A DNA stretch of 64,000 nt from Trichodelitschia bisporula (lineage: Eukaryota). The position numbers were made by a program, and so were the translations under genes. How positions within the stretch are numbered: position 1 is the stretch's first letter; every line of letters begins with the position of its first letter. Below the pieces are notes generated by a model. The model saw only the letters and a program-made list of their open reading frames with translations. It did not search any database and was not told where the DNA came from. The stretch covers positions 310,001-374,000 of the forward strand of contig ML996700.1 in the NCBI GenBank assembly GCA_010356995.1. The letters run 5' to 3'. Of the stretch, positions 25,621 to 37,680 are shown piece after piece.

Positions 25621-27701
25621 CTACTCTTCAACCACAATCATCACGCTCTTCCTCGCCCGAACCTCCACCTCGACAACTCGCGGAACCATAGCCGCACGTT
25701 CAACGAACCTCTCTCCTCTTGCTCCGGCCCTCTCCGCGTCCCTCACAGCAGGGCCCATGAACCTCCTCCTCGCCTTCGTGACGCTCAAACTGCGCGCCAC
25801 CTCAACCTTTGCCTCCAGCGGCTCCACGCCCGCCTCTTCCTCTCCATGCTCTTCCCAAACCCGATTCCTCAACCACGCCCCCTCTCCCCGGTCCGCAACA
25901 TTGATACCTCCCTGCAGTGCAGACAGCCCCGAGATCCGATCGCCAGGTTCAACCACCTTTCCCACCGTAATCATCTCCCACTCCGGCTCCGTCGCACCCA
26001 TCGCCCATGATCCGACACGGCCCTCTCCACCACCCAAAGATTCGTCGCGCGGCGTACTAGGTGACGAAGGCGAAGACGGACTCGGTGTCAGACCCCGCTC
26101 ATCGGCGTACGGAGTACTATCTTCGACAAGAGTGGATTTAAAGGTAGGAGCGGGCACAATTGGGGTGGAAAACGGTAGAGGAAGCGGCTTTTCGATCGGA
26201 GGAGCCGGAGGCGCACGGCTCGGTGCCGGAATCGGGCATCTAACTACAGCTGGGGGCCCCTTTTTAGGCGTCGCGGGTCCATCTTTTGCGGGAGTTGCGG
26301 GCCCAGGGCTGGGATTGGAACCGATGCGCGGGCTGGGGACGGTGCGAGTGCGGCGGAGCGGTCGGGGGCGGTGGATGGTTGAGAGCGTAGGGACGGTATT
26401 GTTGCGGGGCGTGCCTGGCCCAGGGATGAGGGGCGAGTGCTTGTGGAACGAGGACTGGGAGCGAGCGGAGGCGGGAGGGAAGAGCAGGAGGCGGGGCGAG
26501 GGTTGCGGGGAGGTGTTTGCGCGGTGGAGGCCGGGTTTGGCAGGGAGAGCGAGCGTCTGGCGGGCGTCAGCTAGTGAACACGGCATAGTGCGGTGTTGCA
26601 GTGGTGCTGGTGTATGGTTTCACAAGAACGACGCTGTGTTGTGGTTCGCGGATGGCTTACCTTGAGCCCATTTCCACCGCTCTTGGTCAGTCTCCTCGCA
26701 AGCAACCCCTCGGGCTTTTGCTCGCCTTCACTTCCAGGCAAAACGCCGCGAAACATTACACTGTATCGCTCCATCTGCGCCACATTCGGGATGTTCACGT
26801 CCAGCATTAAACCCCTCGGTGTGGCGTTCATAGTACCGGGGGAACGGTCCGGACGGGGAGAACGATCTGGACGAGGAGAGCCATCGGGTCGAGGAGAGCG
26901 GTCAGGCCGAGGACTATTGCCCTCTCCCCGGTTGAGCCGGTCCGACGGTACAGTCTGGCTGCGCTTGACAACGTGCCTCGGACCTCTCTGAGCCGTCATT
27001 CCACTCTCCACCACCTTGGGCAGGCGAACCACTCTCGGCCCCTCAACATCACTCCCACCTCCATTAATTGGCCACGTACCCTCCTTCCTCACTCCCGGTG
27101 AGGCTTTCTTCCCGAACAACCCGCCCAGCGACCGCCACCGACTCAACTTCGGCCTCTCCGCCACCGGTCCGCCAACCACCTCTACCGTAACCATAGTCTT
27201 CCCCTGCCACCCAGCAGTACCGTGCCCCACACTCCTGTTGCTCTCAGGCGTGAGCACATCCCGGCTCGAGGTCAATATCTCTTGGCTAGGCACCTTTAAC
27301 ACGCGCGCAGGAGTATTCTGGCCCGACGCCCGCGTAGGGCTACCGATGGCAAGACCGATCTGGGAGGCCGGGGTAAGGAGCGGCGTGGGTGGATTACCGG
27401 CGAGGGGATTCTGGTGCTGACCCATGGTTGAGGTGCTGATGCTCAGCGGCGAGGCTGCGGGCCGTTGTTGTTTACGGGAGGGGGGGAGGCGCGGGCTGCT
27501 AGAAGTACTATTGCTGCCGCTATTGTCATGAGGGGCGGTTCGAGGACGTAGGGACAAAGCTGTCGCTACGGTTCCTGTGCTGTGGTTTCCGTGTGGGATA
27601 AGGAGGTAGGAGTTTCCTTTTGGTGGTGTCTCGGGTGCATTCTTCTGTGGTGGGTCGGGACGGAGTCTCAGCGAGCGGGAGCGGCTGAGGAGTTTCGCCA
27701 T
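25621..27701 (-). CDS. Hypothetical low-complexity P/S/R-rich fungal protein, 2 exons
   Basis: ATG 27701 (MAKLLSRSRSLR). Intron 26557-26660 (GTAAGC..CTGAC..CAG) joins NGLK/TLALP. Contains islands WRSLGGLFGKK, LDVNIPNVAQMERYSVMF, EPEWEMIT and VARSLSVTKA. Confidence 0.78.
26838..26915 (-). repeat. Coding 18-bp minisatellite encoding SPRPD[R/G] four times
   Basis: Translation SPRPDRSPRPDGSPRPDRSPRPDRSP. The DNA units differ mostly at synonymous positions. Confidence 0.8.
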
Positions 27702-27960
27702 GCTTGAGACGGGCGAGAAGTCAAATTTCCAGACGCTTTCGAGTTGGTGAAGACGTGAAGATGTGAAGCCGAGGTGAGATGGTGAGTGGGTGTAGAAGGC
27801 AAAAGTCGGAATGAAAGGTATATTTTTGGTAAATGAGCGTATGAACAGATCAAAAGCACACAGTACTTGACAATGATTCAAAACATAGAACAGCGAAGGT
27901 CAAGGAATGGACGGCCCTCTCAGAGAAGCCAGACACAAAAGGGACTGTGTTTGTGGTGAA

Positions 27961-28006
27961 GGAAGAGGAAGAGGAGGAGGAGGAGGAGGAGGAGGAGGAG
28001 GAGGAG
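27961..28006. repeat. (GAG)n microsatellite within a purine tract
   Basis: ggaagaggaa followed by about 12 GAG units, upstream of the minus-strand gene starting at 27701. Confidence 0.9.
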
Positions 28007-29583
28007 AAAGCGAAGGAGAGTGGAGAGTGATGAGCGGAGGGGGACTGGGATGCAAATGAAAAATGACGAGGGGTGGCATGTACTCTACAGAGGAGAAAAG
28101 CCGCGAAAGAGGGTGACTAGTCTAGCAACTCTAAGACCATCCAAACGCCAGCAAATTCCCAAACACTCCATCCGCCAGGGACCAACCATGGCTGACGCAA
28201 ACCAACAACGGCAAATTCATCACCACAAACATCACCTCTCCTCCTACGACAACGCCGTCAATGCACTGAGCGCGCGCCAAAAGGGGATGCCGGATTAAGA
28301 AAAGAAGAGAGAGAGCGGGAAACACGAGTACAGTTGCATCCGTTCCCGTCACATCCCGCGCCCATCTCTCGTACTGTACCCTCACCACTCTCTCGTCTTA
28401 CATTCAAGTCATCACCAATGATCTGAAGTGGTCAGCACGAATTTGGAGGTTCCAAAAAAGAACGCCACTAGACCGCAAGAAAAGTGCAACGTCTGGCGTT
28501 TCACCCCTCTTCTAGCCTTGCGCCATTCCCGCCCGCCAATCTCGCTACGCCCCGACCTTATCAAACCTCCGGCCTGTCAAGGCTAAGGAATGCCATGACG
28601 CCTGCCATTTGACCACGCCTCCGCGCCTCTCATGCGCGCAACCTCCGCCGTGCTGGGCAACGCATTGGATGCCAGGCAATATAAAGAATCACCGGTACCG
28701 CCGTGCTCGAATGAGTGATGCCCTGCTTGCTCTTTCACTCGTTGAGGGACCCCTGTTCACGCATACTATGGACAGTGTAATTTGAATGGTTTGTTTATGT
28801 TCTTGAACACGAGCTGATCAAATTGTCTAGATCGACATTCGACGCGTCTTTACCTTAGAGCTTGAAGTCGACCATCTAGGCTGCCTCAGCTACTTCCTCA
28901 CGTGCTCAGCCCGTTGAAGGGTATGGGTGGAAATCGCAAGTAGTTTTTAGACGCTCTTTCGACACAACGTGGTGATCCGTGTGTGCGAGGTTGGGAGACT
29001 TCGATTCGAGGGTTACCCGGTTGTAGGCGCAACCGCGTTGGTCATTGACTCGGACCACAACGCATGTCGTTCTGGAGGGCACGGCTTTCTGGACTTGCAG
29101 CGGTCCAAAGAGGACAAGAATATGGCCTCACGCCAAGGTTGTCACAGCGGAGGAGGGCTGTCCTCCGGTAACTGTCTTCGTGTCCAAGAGTGCGAAGACT
29201 GAGTTGAATGTCGATCGACAGCCTCGTAGTCTGCACACAGCTTTAATGGTACAGTTACAGCAGTTTTCGCTCGCTCCAGCCTCCTCATCCTCATCTGACG
29301 CCTACTGTGCATCCTGGATGTGGTAACCTTCATGTCCGACGTGGGCCCTCATCCGGATCGAGAACCGTCATCGATACCTTTTGATCACCGAGAATTCGGA
29401 CAACATGGCTTCTGATAAGTGGCTGTGAAGATCCGCACCCGACCGATGCCTGCATTCGTGTGGTCGGCACAGTGGTTGTTGGCTGATATTTTATGGCGTT
29501 CCTTCGCGTTATGGCGTCCCTTGGCGTTGTAGGCAGGCGATCGCCGAATCTGAAATCGCTTGAGCTGGCTCTGAACCATCCGC

Positions 29584-30416
29584 TCATCGTTGATCCGAAT
29601 CGTGAATGAACGTAGGAGACCAATATTCCGTCTCATCGCACTGCAAATCAACCCACACCAGTGAATCGGCAACCAAATCATCCATCACGGCCATGGCTCG
29701 AGCTTGTTCCCAATTGAGGTTGTCCAGCAGCATTGACACCGTGACGAACCCTAGAACCTGAATTGCTTCCAGCACAGTCGACTGATCCGTATTCAGCTCC
29801 TTGGGGATCGAGCGTATCATTTGCTTCTTTCCAAGATTCATCACCGTAAAGCCAGATCCTAATGGTTCCAGCGATTTGACTGCTCGTCCGATATCATCAC
29901 TAACCACATCCATCAGTAATGGACACAAGGAGGAAACAAAGAGGCGTACTCGGAAACCTCCATGCCACCACCGATGCTTTTTCCCTTCTGGATCCGTCGG
30001 CGAATTTCAGCGACCTCTATCATTCCGCCATTCTCGGCTCTGGTCTCGCGGCAGAGTTGCACCACTCTTACTGCCACTTCAAAGTAGAAGTCGTTGACGT
30101 TACCGCCTAGCACTTGCGCCCACATGTTACTACCCGTTCCCTTTCCGCCCTCCTTGCTGGTGTGAGAAGAGGCGAGAGGATCTACGCCGATAGCATTACA
30201 CATGCGAGCGAATTCGGCACGAAATGTGGGGTTGCTCCGGATCCCCTTACCATGCGTGATGCTGAACTGGTGTAATAACTGCTGGAACACAGACAGCTGA
30301 GTCTGGAGTGACTCGACATGGGCAGCTCGTAGTGTGGAGCCATGGTTCGTGTAAGCATTGTTGATTGCAGCATTTGAAAACGCAGACAAGCCGACTCCTC
30401 GGCGAGATGAGGCCAT
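29584..30416 (-). CDS. SNF8: ESCRT-II subunit SNF8/VPS22 (EAP30 domain), 2 exons
   Basis: ATG 30416 (MASSRRGVGLSAF). Motifs FRAEFARMCNAIGVDPL, DFYFEVAVRVV, ENGG and RSIPKELNTDQSTVLE. Intron 29900-29949. Confidence 0.95.
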
Positions 30417-30619
30417 TATTGTTTGGGGACATGTCAGTGAATGGCGGGGCGTGGTGTTGAGATGAGGTGCAGGGGTCAGAGTGTCCAAGCTTCTAGCGCC
30501 AAGCGTATCGGTCCGGGAGAACCAAGCGCCGGCGCGCACTCAAGTTTGATTTTTCCCACTTCAACTCCGCTACCTCCTCGATATCGACGACCGCTCGCAC
30601 ATCGACAACCACCGACAAA
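30417..30619. promoter_or_regulatory. Compact divergent promoter region shared by SNF8 and RPL7
   Basis: Only 203 bp separate the two head-to-head ATGs (30416 on minus, 30620 on plus). Confidence 0.6.
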
Positions 30620-32057
30620 ATGGCCCCTTCAAAGACGTATGTGCTCTCCACTTTCATCACTGATACCTGGGTAGAGATTGCAGAATAGTCATGGATCCTC
30701 GCTGGAGCCGCTTGCGGCTATAAACCACTCGAACTTTTCCTGAACGTCGGTCCTCACACGCCTGTGCTCTTTCGGCTCGACGTGTGAGAATGCGACTTCG
30801 GGGCGTTGGAGTTTAAGATTTTCTTATCCCCTAAATGCATGTGCACAATGGTTGCTTCGGCGCCTTTGCGCAGTTCTCTCGAGCTTGTCGCGCTGTTGGC
30901 GATCGCGAGCTTCCTCTGATTGAAGGGTGCAACTCGAGGCTCGTGCCTGTCAGCGCCCACACTGGGACTCGTTGATCGACTTCAGCCGGCATCCAAGAGT
31001 ATCTCCAGTGAGAATGCCGCACTTGCTGCAATTCTCTACTCGGAGTACTATCCAATCGCCCGACTATTCTGACATCTGCCTCCAGGAGCGTCCCGACCGA
31101 GAAGGACATCCTTGTCCCGGAGACTCTGCTCAAGAAGCGCAAGTCCCAGGAGAAGGAGCGCGAGCAGCGTGCAGCTGACTTGCAGAAGAAGCGCGCGGTA
31201 CGTTCATCTCAAATTTTCTTTGGAGGGCGTTTTTGTGATGATAGCACACACCACGCGACTAGGCTACGGCCGATGCTGTCGCTTTATTAACCATCTTTCG
31301 GGTCTGAAAAGAATTTACGTCGGGAATACTGCAGTTGGGCACATGCGCATTTCCGAATCCATGGCTAACTGATGTTCTCTATAGGCCAATAAGGAGAAGC
31401 GCAAGGTCATCTTCAAGCGTGCCGAGTCCTACATCAAGGAGTACCGTGATGCGGAGCGCGAGAAGATCCGCCTGTCTCGCCTCGCGAAGCAGGATGGCTC
31501 CTTCTACGTGCCCGCTGAGCCCAAGCTCGCCTTCGTCATCCGCATCAAGGGTATCAACAAGATCGATCCCAAGAAGCGCAAGACCCTCCAGCTTCTGCGC
31601 CTTCTGCAGATCAACAACGGCGTCTTTGTTCGCCTTACCAAGGCCACGATCGAGATGTTGCGCATTGTCGAACCCTTCATCGCCTACGGTTACCCCAACC
31701 TGAAGTCCGTCCGCGAGCTCGTCTACAAGCGTGGCTATGGCAAGATGTGAGAACCTTCCTATTGGTGTCTGTACAGCGCTGACCCATTCCAGCAACAAGC
31801 AGCGTATCCCGCTCACCGACAACGCACTGATTGAGGAGACGCTCGGCAAGTTCGGCATCGTCTGCGTTGAGGATCTTATCCACGAGATCTACACTGTTGG
31901 CCCCAACTTCAAGCAGGCCTCCAACTTCCTGTGGCCCTTCAAGCTGTCCAACCCCACTGGTGGCTTCCGGACTCGCAAGTTCAAGCACTTCATCGAGGGT
32001 GGTGACCTGGGCAACCGTGAGGACCACATCAACGCTCTGATCCGGCAGATGAACTAG
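30620..32057 (+). CDS. RPL7: 60S ribosomal protein L7 (uL30), 4 exons
   Basis: ATG 30620. Introns 30637-31085, 31198-31384 and 31747-31792. Motifs [61 protein letters not shown] and GGDLGNRE. Codon usage looks strongly biased. Confidence 0.98.
31230..31311 (+). ncRNA. Intronic box C/D snoRNA of the snR39/snR39B group (25S rRNA 2'-O-methylation guide)
   Basis: Box C GTGATGA 31235-31241, box D CTGA 31304-31307, terminal T-run/A-run stem. Guide ACCATCTTTCGGGT is complementary to conserved LSU rRNA ACCCGAAAGAUGGU. Yeast RPL7A/B introns host snR39/snR59. Confidence 0.9.
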
Positions 32058-35000
32058 GCGTTGGTGGATAGTTGATGGGTTACGGCGTCATGATGGCAAA
32101 ACAAGCGGGCTGGTTTGGTATTACGGCAATTGAGTGATTCTGTATCGTCAAATCCGCAGCCTAAGCAGCGGTCCGAATAGATACTTCAACGGGACCACGA
32201 GGCCAGAATGTTGCCGAAGCACGTCTTCAAACTCGCACAGTGACATCCTTGTAACGAAGCAAATTAAGGCTTTCCACGTGCTCAGCGTGTGGTTCACGTG
32301 TGGTACAGCTGGTGTAGGTTTACCAGGAGCCTTTAGCGATGGGGCCTGCGGCGTTTACGTCGAGGTGAAGTGGCATCGGAGCGGCAGAGTGGAGCAATAT
32401 CCGAAGGTACCTTGAGCTCCCTGCAGACCGACCTCCTCTTTCAGCTCGTCTAATGGCCTGCGTAGCTTGCCGGTACCGTCGCAATGGGACATAATAAGTC
32501 CGACCTTCTTGTGAAATGCCTTTCTCGAGACCGATGGCTTCGCTTTGCCCATTGGGACATGTCGTAAAATTGCCCGGGGATACCCAGCCACGTCTGGGAG
32601 GGGTGATGTATGGGAAATATAGGCGGTCTAATATGGGGAGCCACGTGCGGAAATAGCAATTAGGTACCTGGGGATAGAGTGTTGTTAGACTGGAGGGAAA
32701 TTAGGATGGATCTTCGGTGTTTTCGGGGTCTGGGCAGCGAGAGGTGTTGCACACAAAGGAGTGCCGGCTCGAGGCGGAGGTACTTCGGTTTGCGTGCTCA
32801 TGCTTCCAGCACGTGGGCGGTGGTGTGTACTCCGGTATGTCAGCTTCCTGGCTGGTGGAGTTCTTGAGCGCGGAGGCTTCGAGGCCTTTCAGTCTTGATT
32901 CTCTACTCGCGTCACACATGCAACGGGAAAGGGGGCTTGGATTACATACTCCACATTCGCACAGCAGGTTTGACGAAGTGGGTCAGCAGCAAATGCACGA
33001 TGATTACATTTTGCCACCGGAAGTGGTAGGGGAGAGGATGATGAAGGCGGCGCTTGGAGGTTGGATTGTGCATTTCTGCAGGCGGGATAAGGGCTGGGTG
33101 GGGACGAGGTGCAGATCTCGGAGCGGCGATGGGTCGAGAGCGGCGCTTCTCGTGACGCATAAATGGAATGCGTGGTTTAATTGTGCGCGGCGCGGTTGTG
33201 GGTGCCGCGCGTGCTTGCGATGTTCGTTTATTGCGCTGGTCAAGAGGTCATTCCGACCCCGCGATCAGAGGCGGCTTTGGACGCCTGTCAACCACGCTTT
33301 CTGCTCTTGGCAGACGGCAGCGGGCCGGGATGGCGTCCTCGAGGACGACGATTTTAATGCTTCCTGGCCCTGGCTCGGTCTAGGGAGGTTCTTTTCCCGT
33401 CTTCTTTACGAAGTACTTCTTCTGCTCATCTCAACAGCTTCGACGTTCGAGGCCATGTCACGGGTAACCCCGCTAATCCCGCGCCGAGTCCAGGCGGAGC
33501 CCACACCGTGGCCCCGCCAACATTACGGGCCGGGAACCAAATCGACGCGCCAACGGGCGCCAGCGGAGAGTGGATGCTTCTACGGTAGCTCCGGCATATC
33601 GAGACGACGGAACGGTCAGACGGCGAGCTTGTCGGTCGCTTTCGCGCACTTCCTACATCCAATATCCCAAATTTGAGCACTCTGGAGACCTCGCGTCTCT
33701 GGGCTCACCGACACGGGACCATGGTGACGGCACGATATGCTGCGTGTGGTGGAGAGCCACTCTCTGGCAATCTACTTCATGCCTTCTGTTGAATATTAGA
33801 CCTCGTGTGCGGTGAAGTGGTCTTGAGGCCAAGAGTCCGAGCCCGAGCCGAGATGTTGCATGATCGCCCTTCCGAGAAACGCGCGATAAAAGCCTAAAGC
33901 CAAAGTCTGATGCCGTAAATAAGCGTCCTGGAACCCGCAGGGCTTCATATTGCTGAACCGGATGCGTGCTGTGTCGGCGCTTCGAACCCCTACAGCGTCC
34001 GCCACCCATGCAGCTTCTGTTGATTTAGCGTTAATATTGCGAGGGAAGATTCGTGGTGTGGACACAACTAGCTTTGAACAGTGATGAAATATATCATCTT
34101 ACTGGACGCTCAAGCGGGCCAGCAAAGCACTCCGGTCTCGGAAGGGTTGAGATGCATCAAACTTGCGGGTGAACACGTACCATATCCTCTTGAAACTGAA
34201 AGTCTGGGCATATCCCTCGCGGGAAGCACAATGAAAGCTTCCATTCACACTTTCTCATGGGGATTGAAGGCGTAGTGGGCGGATCCGAACCAGGGACCCC
34301 GGAATAGAGAGAAGAATGGTCACTTCCAAATTAGGCACATGTCGATTGACAACCGACGAGAAGGATTTTGGAATGTCGTGCCCCTTGAGAGAATCAAGCC
34401 CAAGAGCCTTCTATGAGGCCCCACAGTGAAGTCTGTAAGTTAGCGCAATTCCTTCCAGCACCGAGGCCCCAGATAGATCTGTGGGCCGTGATCTCTGCAT
34501 GACCCCAGTTCAACACTTTTTGCGGACGGGGCGGAGGAAGAACTTTGGGGATCCGAAGTTTCAAAGTTGAGCCCGGGCTCTTGAGTTCCTGCGGAGGGAC
34601 GAGGGGTTCTCCGCAATTCGGTGTGCTGTACTCTGTATGACCAGGACACTATCCTGCGAGCTATGTTCAGAGTACATTGGGTCGGTTAGCTCTACCACGT
34701 TTCACGCCGCAGGTGGTGGAGGCCACAGTAGGTGGGGTACATCGGACAGTTGGACTCGCACCGGCGAGGTACTGAACCAATGTTTGAGACGGCTATCCTG
34801 TTGAAAAAGCTGCAGCTCTGAGGCAAGTGCATATATACTGCGACGGTTCGAGTGCTCTGAACAGTCATTTCGTGGGCAACTAAAATTGTTGAGACGGTTT
34901 TGATCGTGGGTTAGGACGACGTCTGGTCCCTACCCACGCTGCAGGCACCACGATGCGCGAGGGCCTGGTTTTTAGGTAGCCCATACATTCCTCCGAGCAG

Positions 35001-37680
35001 GTACACCGCGTGCCTGCCAGGTGCTGTAGTTCCACGTAGTAGTTCTAGGCGGTCCTTGCAAGGTCGGCGGTTGGGTTTGGTGCAGACTGCAAAACGTGCA
35101 GTTCGAGCTTTCCGACCATCAACACATCCCACGCCCACACACCTGCCTGCCGCTTGTGGCTCCCTCACAGGAAGTATTGGAAATTTTGAGCTGGTGACTA
35201 GGCTTGAAGATGTGGGGGGGTGGATAAATTAGTTAGGCTGCATTAAGCCTAAAATACGAAGCAGGGCTTACACAAACACCAGTCCGATGCTGTGGTGTTG
35301 GTTTTGTTGCTTCCCGCGTTTTTATCGTCAGGCACCCACTCTGTCGAACCGCCAGGCTGGATTTTGAGAATTGAGTGTGTGTGGGGAAGCTGCCTGAACG
35401 GGCAGGCGCGGGGGCACATGGTGTCATAGGTCATCGGGAGTCAGACCACAACCCATCGGCCATCAGCGCAGCAAGCACGGCACTCGAGACGAGACGACGG
35501 GGAAGAACGGACCAACAGACTCGCATGCTGCAAGCAGGGCCGCAGCACACCTCACAGGCGGATCTTGGTCATCTTGGGGAGAAGCCTCGAAGGTGATGGC
35601 CGGTGGGCATGGGTTTGTGCGAAGCGTGGAGTGAAGTGAAGTGGAGCGTGGGAGTGGGCGGCGGGGCGTGCAGGCTGCGGGACGAGGCAAATTACGACAT
35701 GGACATCTCATTCGGCGGATCGCGCGCGCAAATCACCTGGTGCGCGCGTGCAAAGAGCGCCGAGATGGTGTGCACAGCGGTGATGGTGATGGTGGTGATG
35801 GTGGTGCGGGCCGAGTGGACTGGCGCGGGAGGCGAGAGGTGTGAGTGTGCGCGTGTGTGGTCTCAAAAAGAGAGGGCGGTGGGAGAAAGCGTTACTTTCC
35901 ACGAGTCCAGTCGCCGAGCAGGCGTTGGCCGAGCTCTTTGGCTGGGTTTTTTGCAACTCGCAGGTTGCGGACCGCGCCAGGCTGGGGTCGACGTTGCTAG
36001 TTGGCCCGGGGGAGCAGTGAGGCAGCAGGAGACATGCTTTACGCAGGTGGGGGACAAGGAGGATCGGTGACAGAGGGGAGAGGGGTGGGCGGCGGCGGCG
36101 GCAATACGTCAAGCTGTCTCTTCGGTAATATTGCATTGGCAGCTTTACTTTCGGAGCGGATGGACGCGCAACTTTGCAACGGGGCGATGTGCGCGAATGA
36201 CTGGCCATACGACTCCGCGTGGCGAGCTGATTGAGGGAGGCAAGGGGAGTTGATGAGAAGAGAGTGGCCGAAGAGCGGGGAAGAGACCGAAAACGCAGTA
36301 ATAATATCGCTTGGCCTAACATACCCTTCCCGACGAGAGCGTTAGGTTGCCGAAAGCCCAAGAAAGACATCGGAAGTTCGCGCGATTCTGCTAACAAAAG
36401 TGACTAGGCTGCGAAATGCAACATCCACCACCCATCCGCACCCATGTCGGCATGTCTCGGGCTTCATTCGTCGGCATGTCGGGCAGGACAAAAGGGCCAA
36501 AAGGCGGAGTGGCCGCTGACTTTACATTATGCTTGCCGCTGGCTGGCCGCTTGTCCTGCTTGCTTGCTGCAGCCAGCAAGCCTGGGCGGCCCGCGCGGGT
36601 CGAATTACTCGTGAGATTTGATTCGCGGGAGAGTAGCGCTTGGACTGTTGAAGAAAGCGGAGAGGCGGATAGTACGGGAGTGCAAAGAGAGGGGTTTGAG
36701 TGACAAGACGCCTCGCCGGTCAGTGATGATATGGACCAGAAATGGAATGGAGATGAAGGTATCGAAGGATGAATGGAGAGATGGGCACGGAGCACTGGGG
36801 GCGAGTGCGGGGGGGGAGGATTAGCGGTTGGGTTGTGCAAGAGAGAGATGACTGCAAAACGTCCTATCCCATCGCCTTCGTCTCCGCGAGGCTAGGAATG
36901 ACATGCAAAGATGGTACATGGAGATTAGCCCACTGCACTGTACACTTATGAGTAATGGAAAGGGTGCCTGGGTGTTGTGTGGTTTGATGAATGAGTACCG
37001 TGACTAGAGAACCTTTTTTTGCTGCCCTTTCTCCGGTCTTTGCGCTCCCTATCTTGAGTGACAGTTTCCACAGTGGAGTCTCTTAGGACAGATGGAGAAA
37101 TCTCAACACTTCAACTGCAGAGAGAATTCGTGCCTTGTTGTGGAGCCCTTTGGGATTTTACACAGTAGTTAGCCGGGGGAAGGGGAAGGAAAGGGAAGCA
37201 GAATGGGGACGGGGATGGAAGGGGACAAGGATAGGCAAGAGGCTTTTTATTTTTTGATGCCGATGCAAAGCGATTTGTGCTTGTCTTGCAGAGAAGGCAC
37301 ACTTCGTGTGGGGAACTGAGGACTGGGAACCTGGGGAGACGTTGCTTGCACTTTGCTTAGGTGAAGAAATGATGGGCCAAGGCAGAAGTGGAGGGAGATG
37401 GAGATGGAGAGAGGAAGAGGGAGAGAGAGAGAGTGTGGGGGTATGATGAAGTTCAGTAAGAGAGTTCAGTATGGGAGCCAGCCTCCTCGCACCAAAACAT
37501 CATGACCACCCCTTGGGTCCATCCCATCCCATCCTCATCGCGCGTACATCCGTAATGATTTTTTTTTCCCTTCCTCATCCCCACGCCCTCACTGGACTGG
37601 ATCTTCGTGCCTACCCTCAAAAATCCTTCCCACCACCAGCCAAGCCGCCCTCCACTCCCCCAATTCAGTCCAATTGAATG

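Noticed and set aside
25757..26665. 302-aa plus-strand ORF
   Set aside because: Antisense shadow of the minus-strand P/S-rich gene.
32717..33676. 319-aa plus-strand ORF
   Set aside because: Starts at GTG, has no recognisable motif and an R/G/W/C-rich composition typical of non-coding GC-rich DNA.
34680..34870. tRNA-like A-box (ggttagctc) and B-box (ggttcgagt) fragments
   Set aside because: No cloverleaf or acceptor stem could be built and the spacing is too long.
34905..34918. CCTAACCC on the minus strand (also near 50870) as a possible telomerase RNA template
   Set aside because: Only 8 nt, not the UAACCCUAA permutation known for Pezizomycotina TER, and expected by chance.
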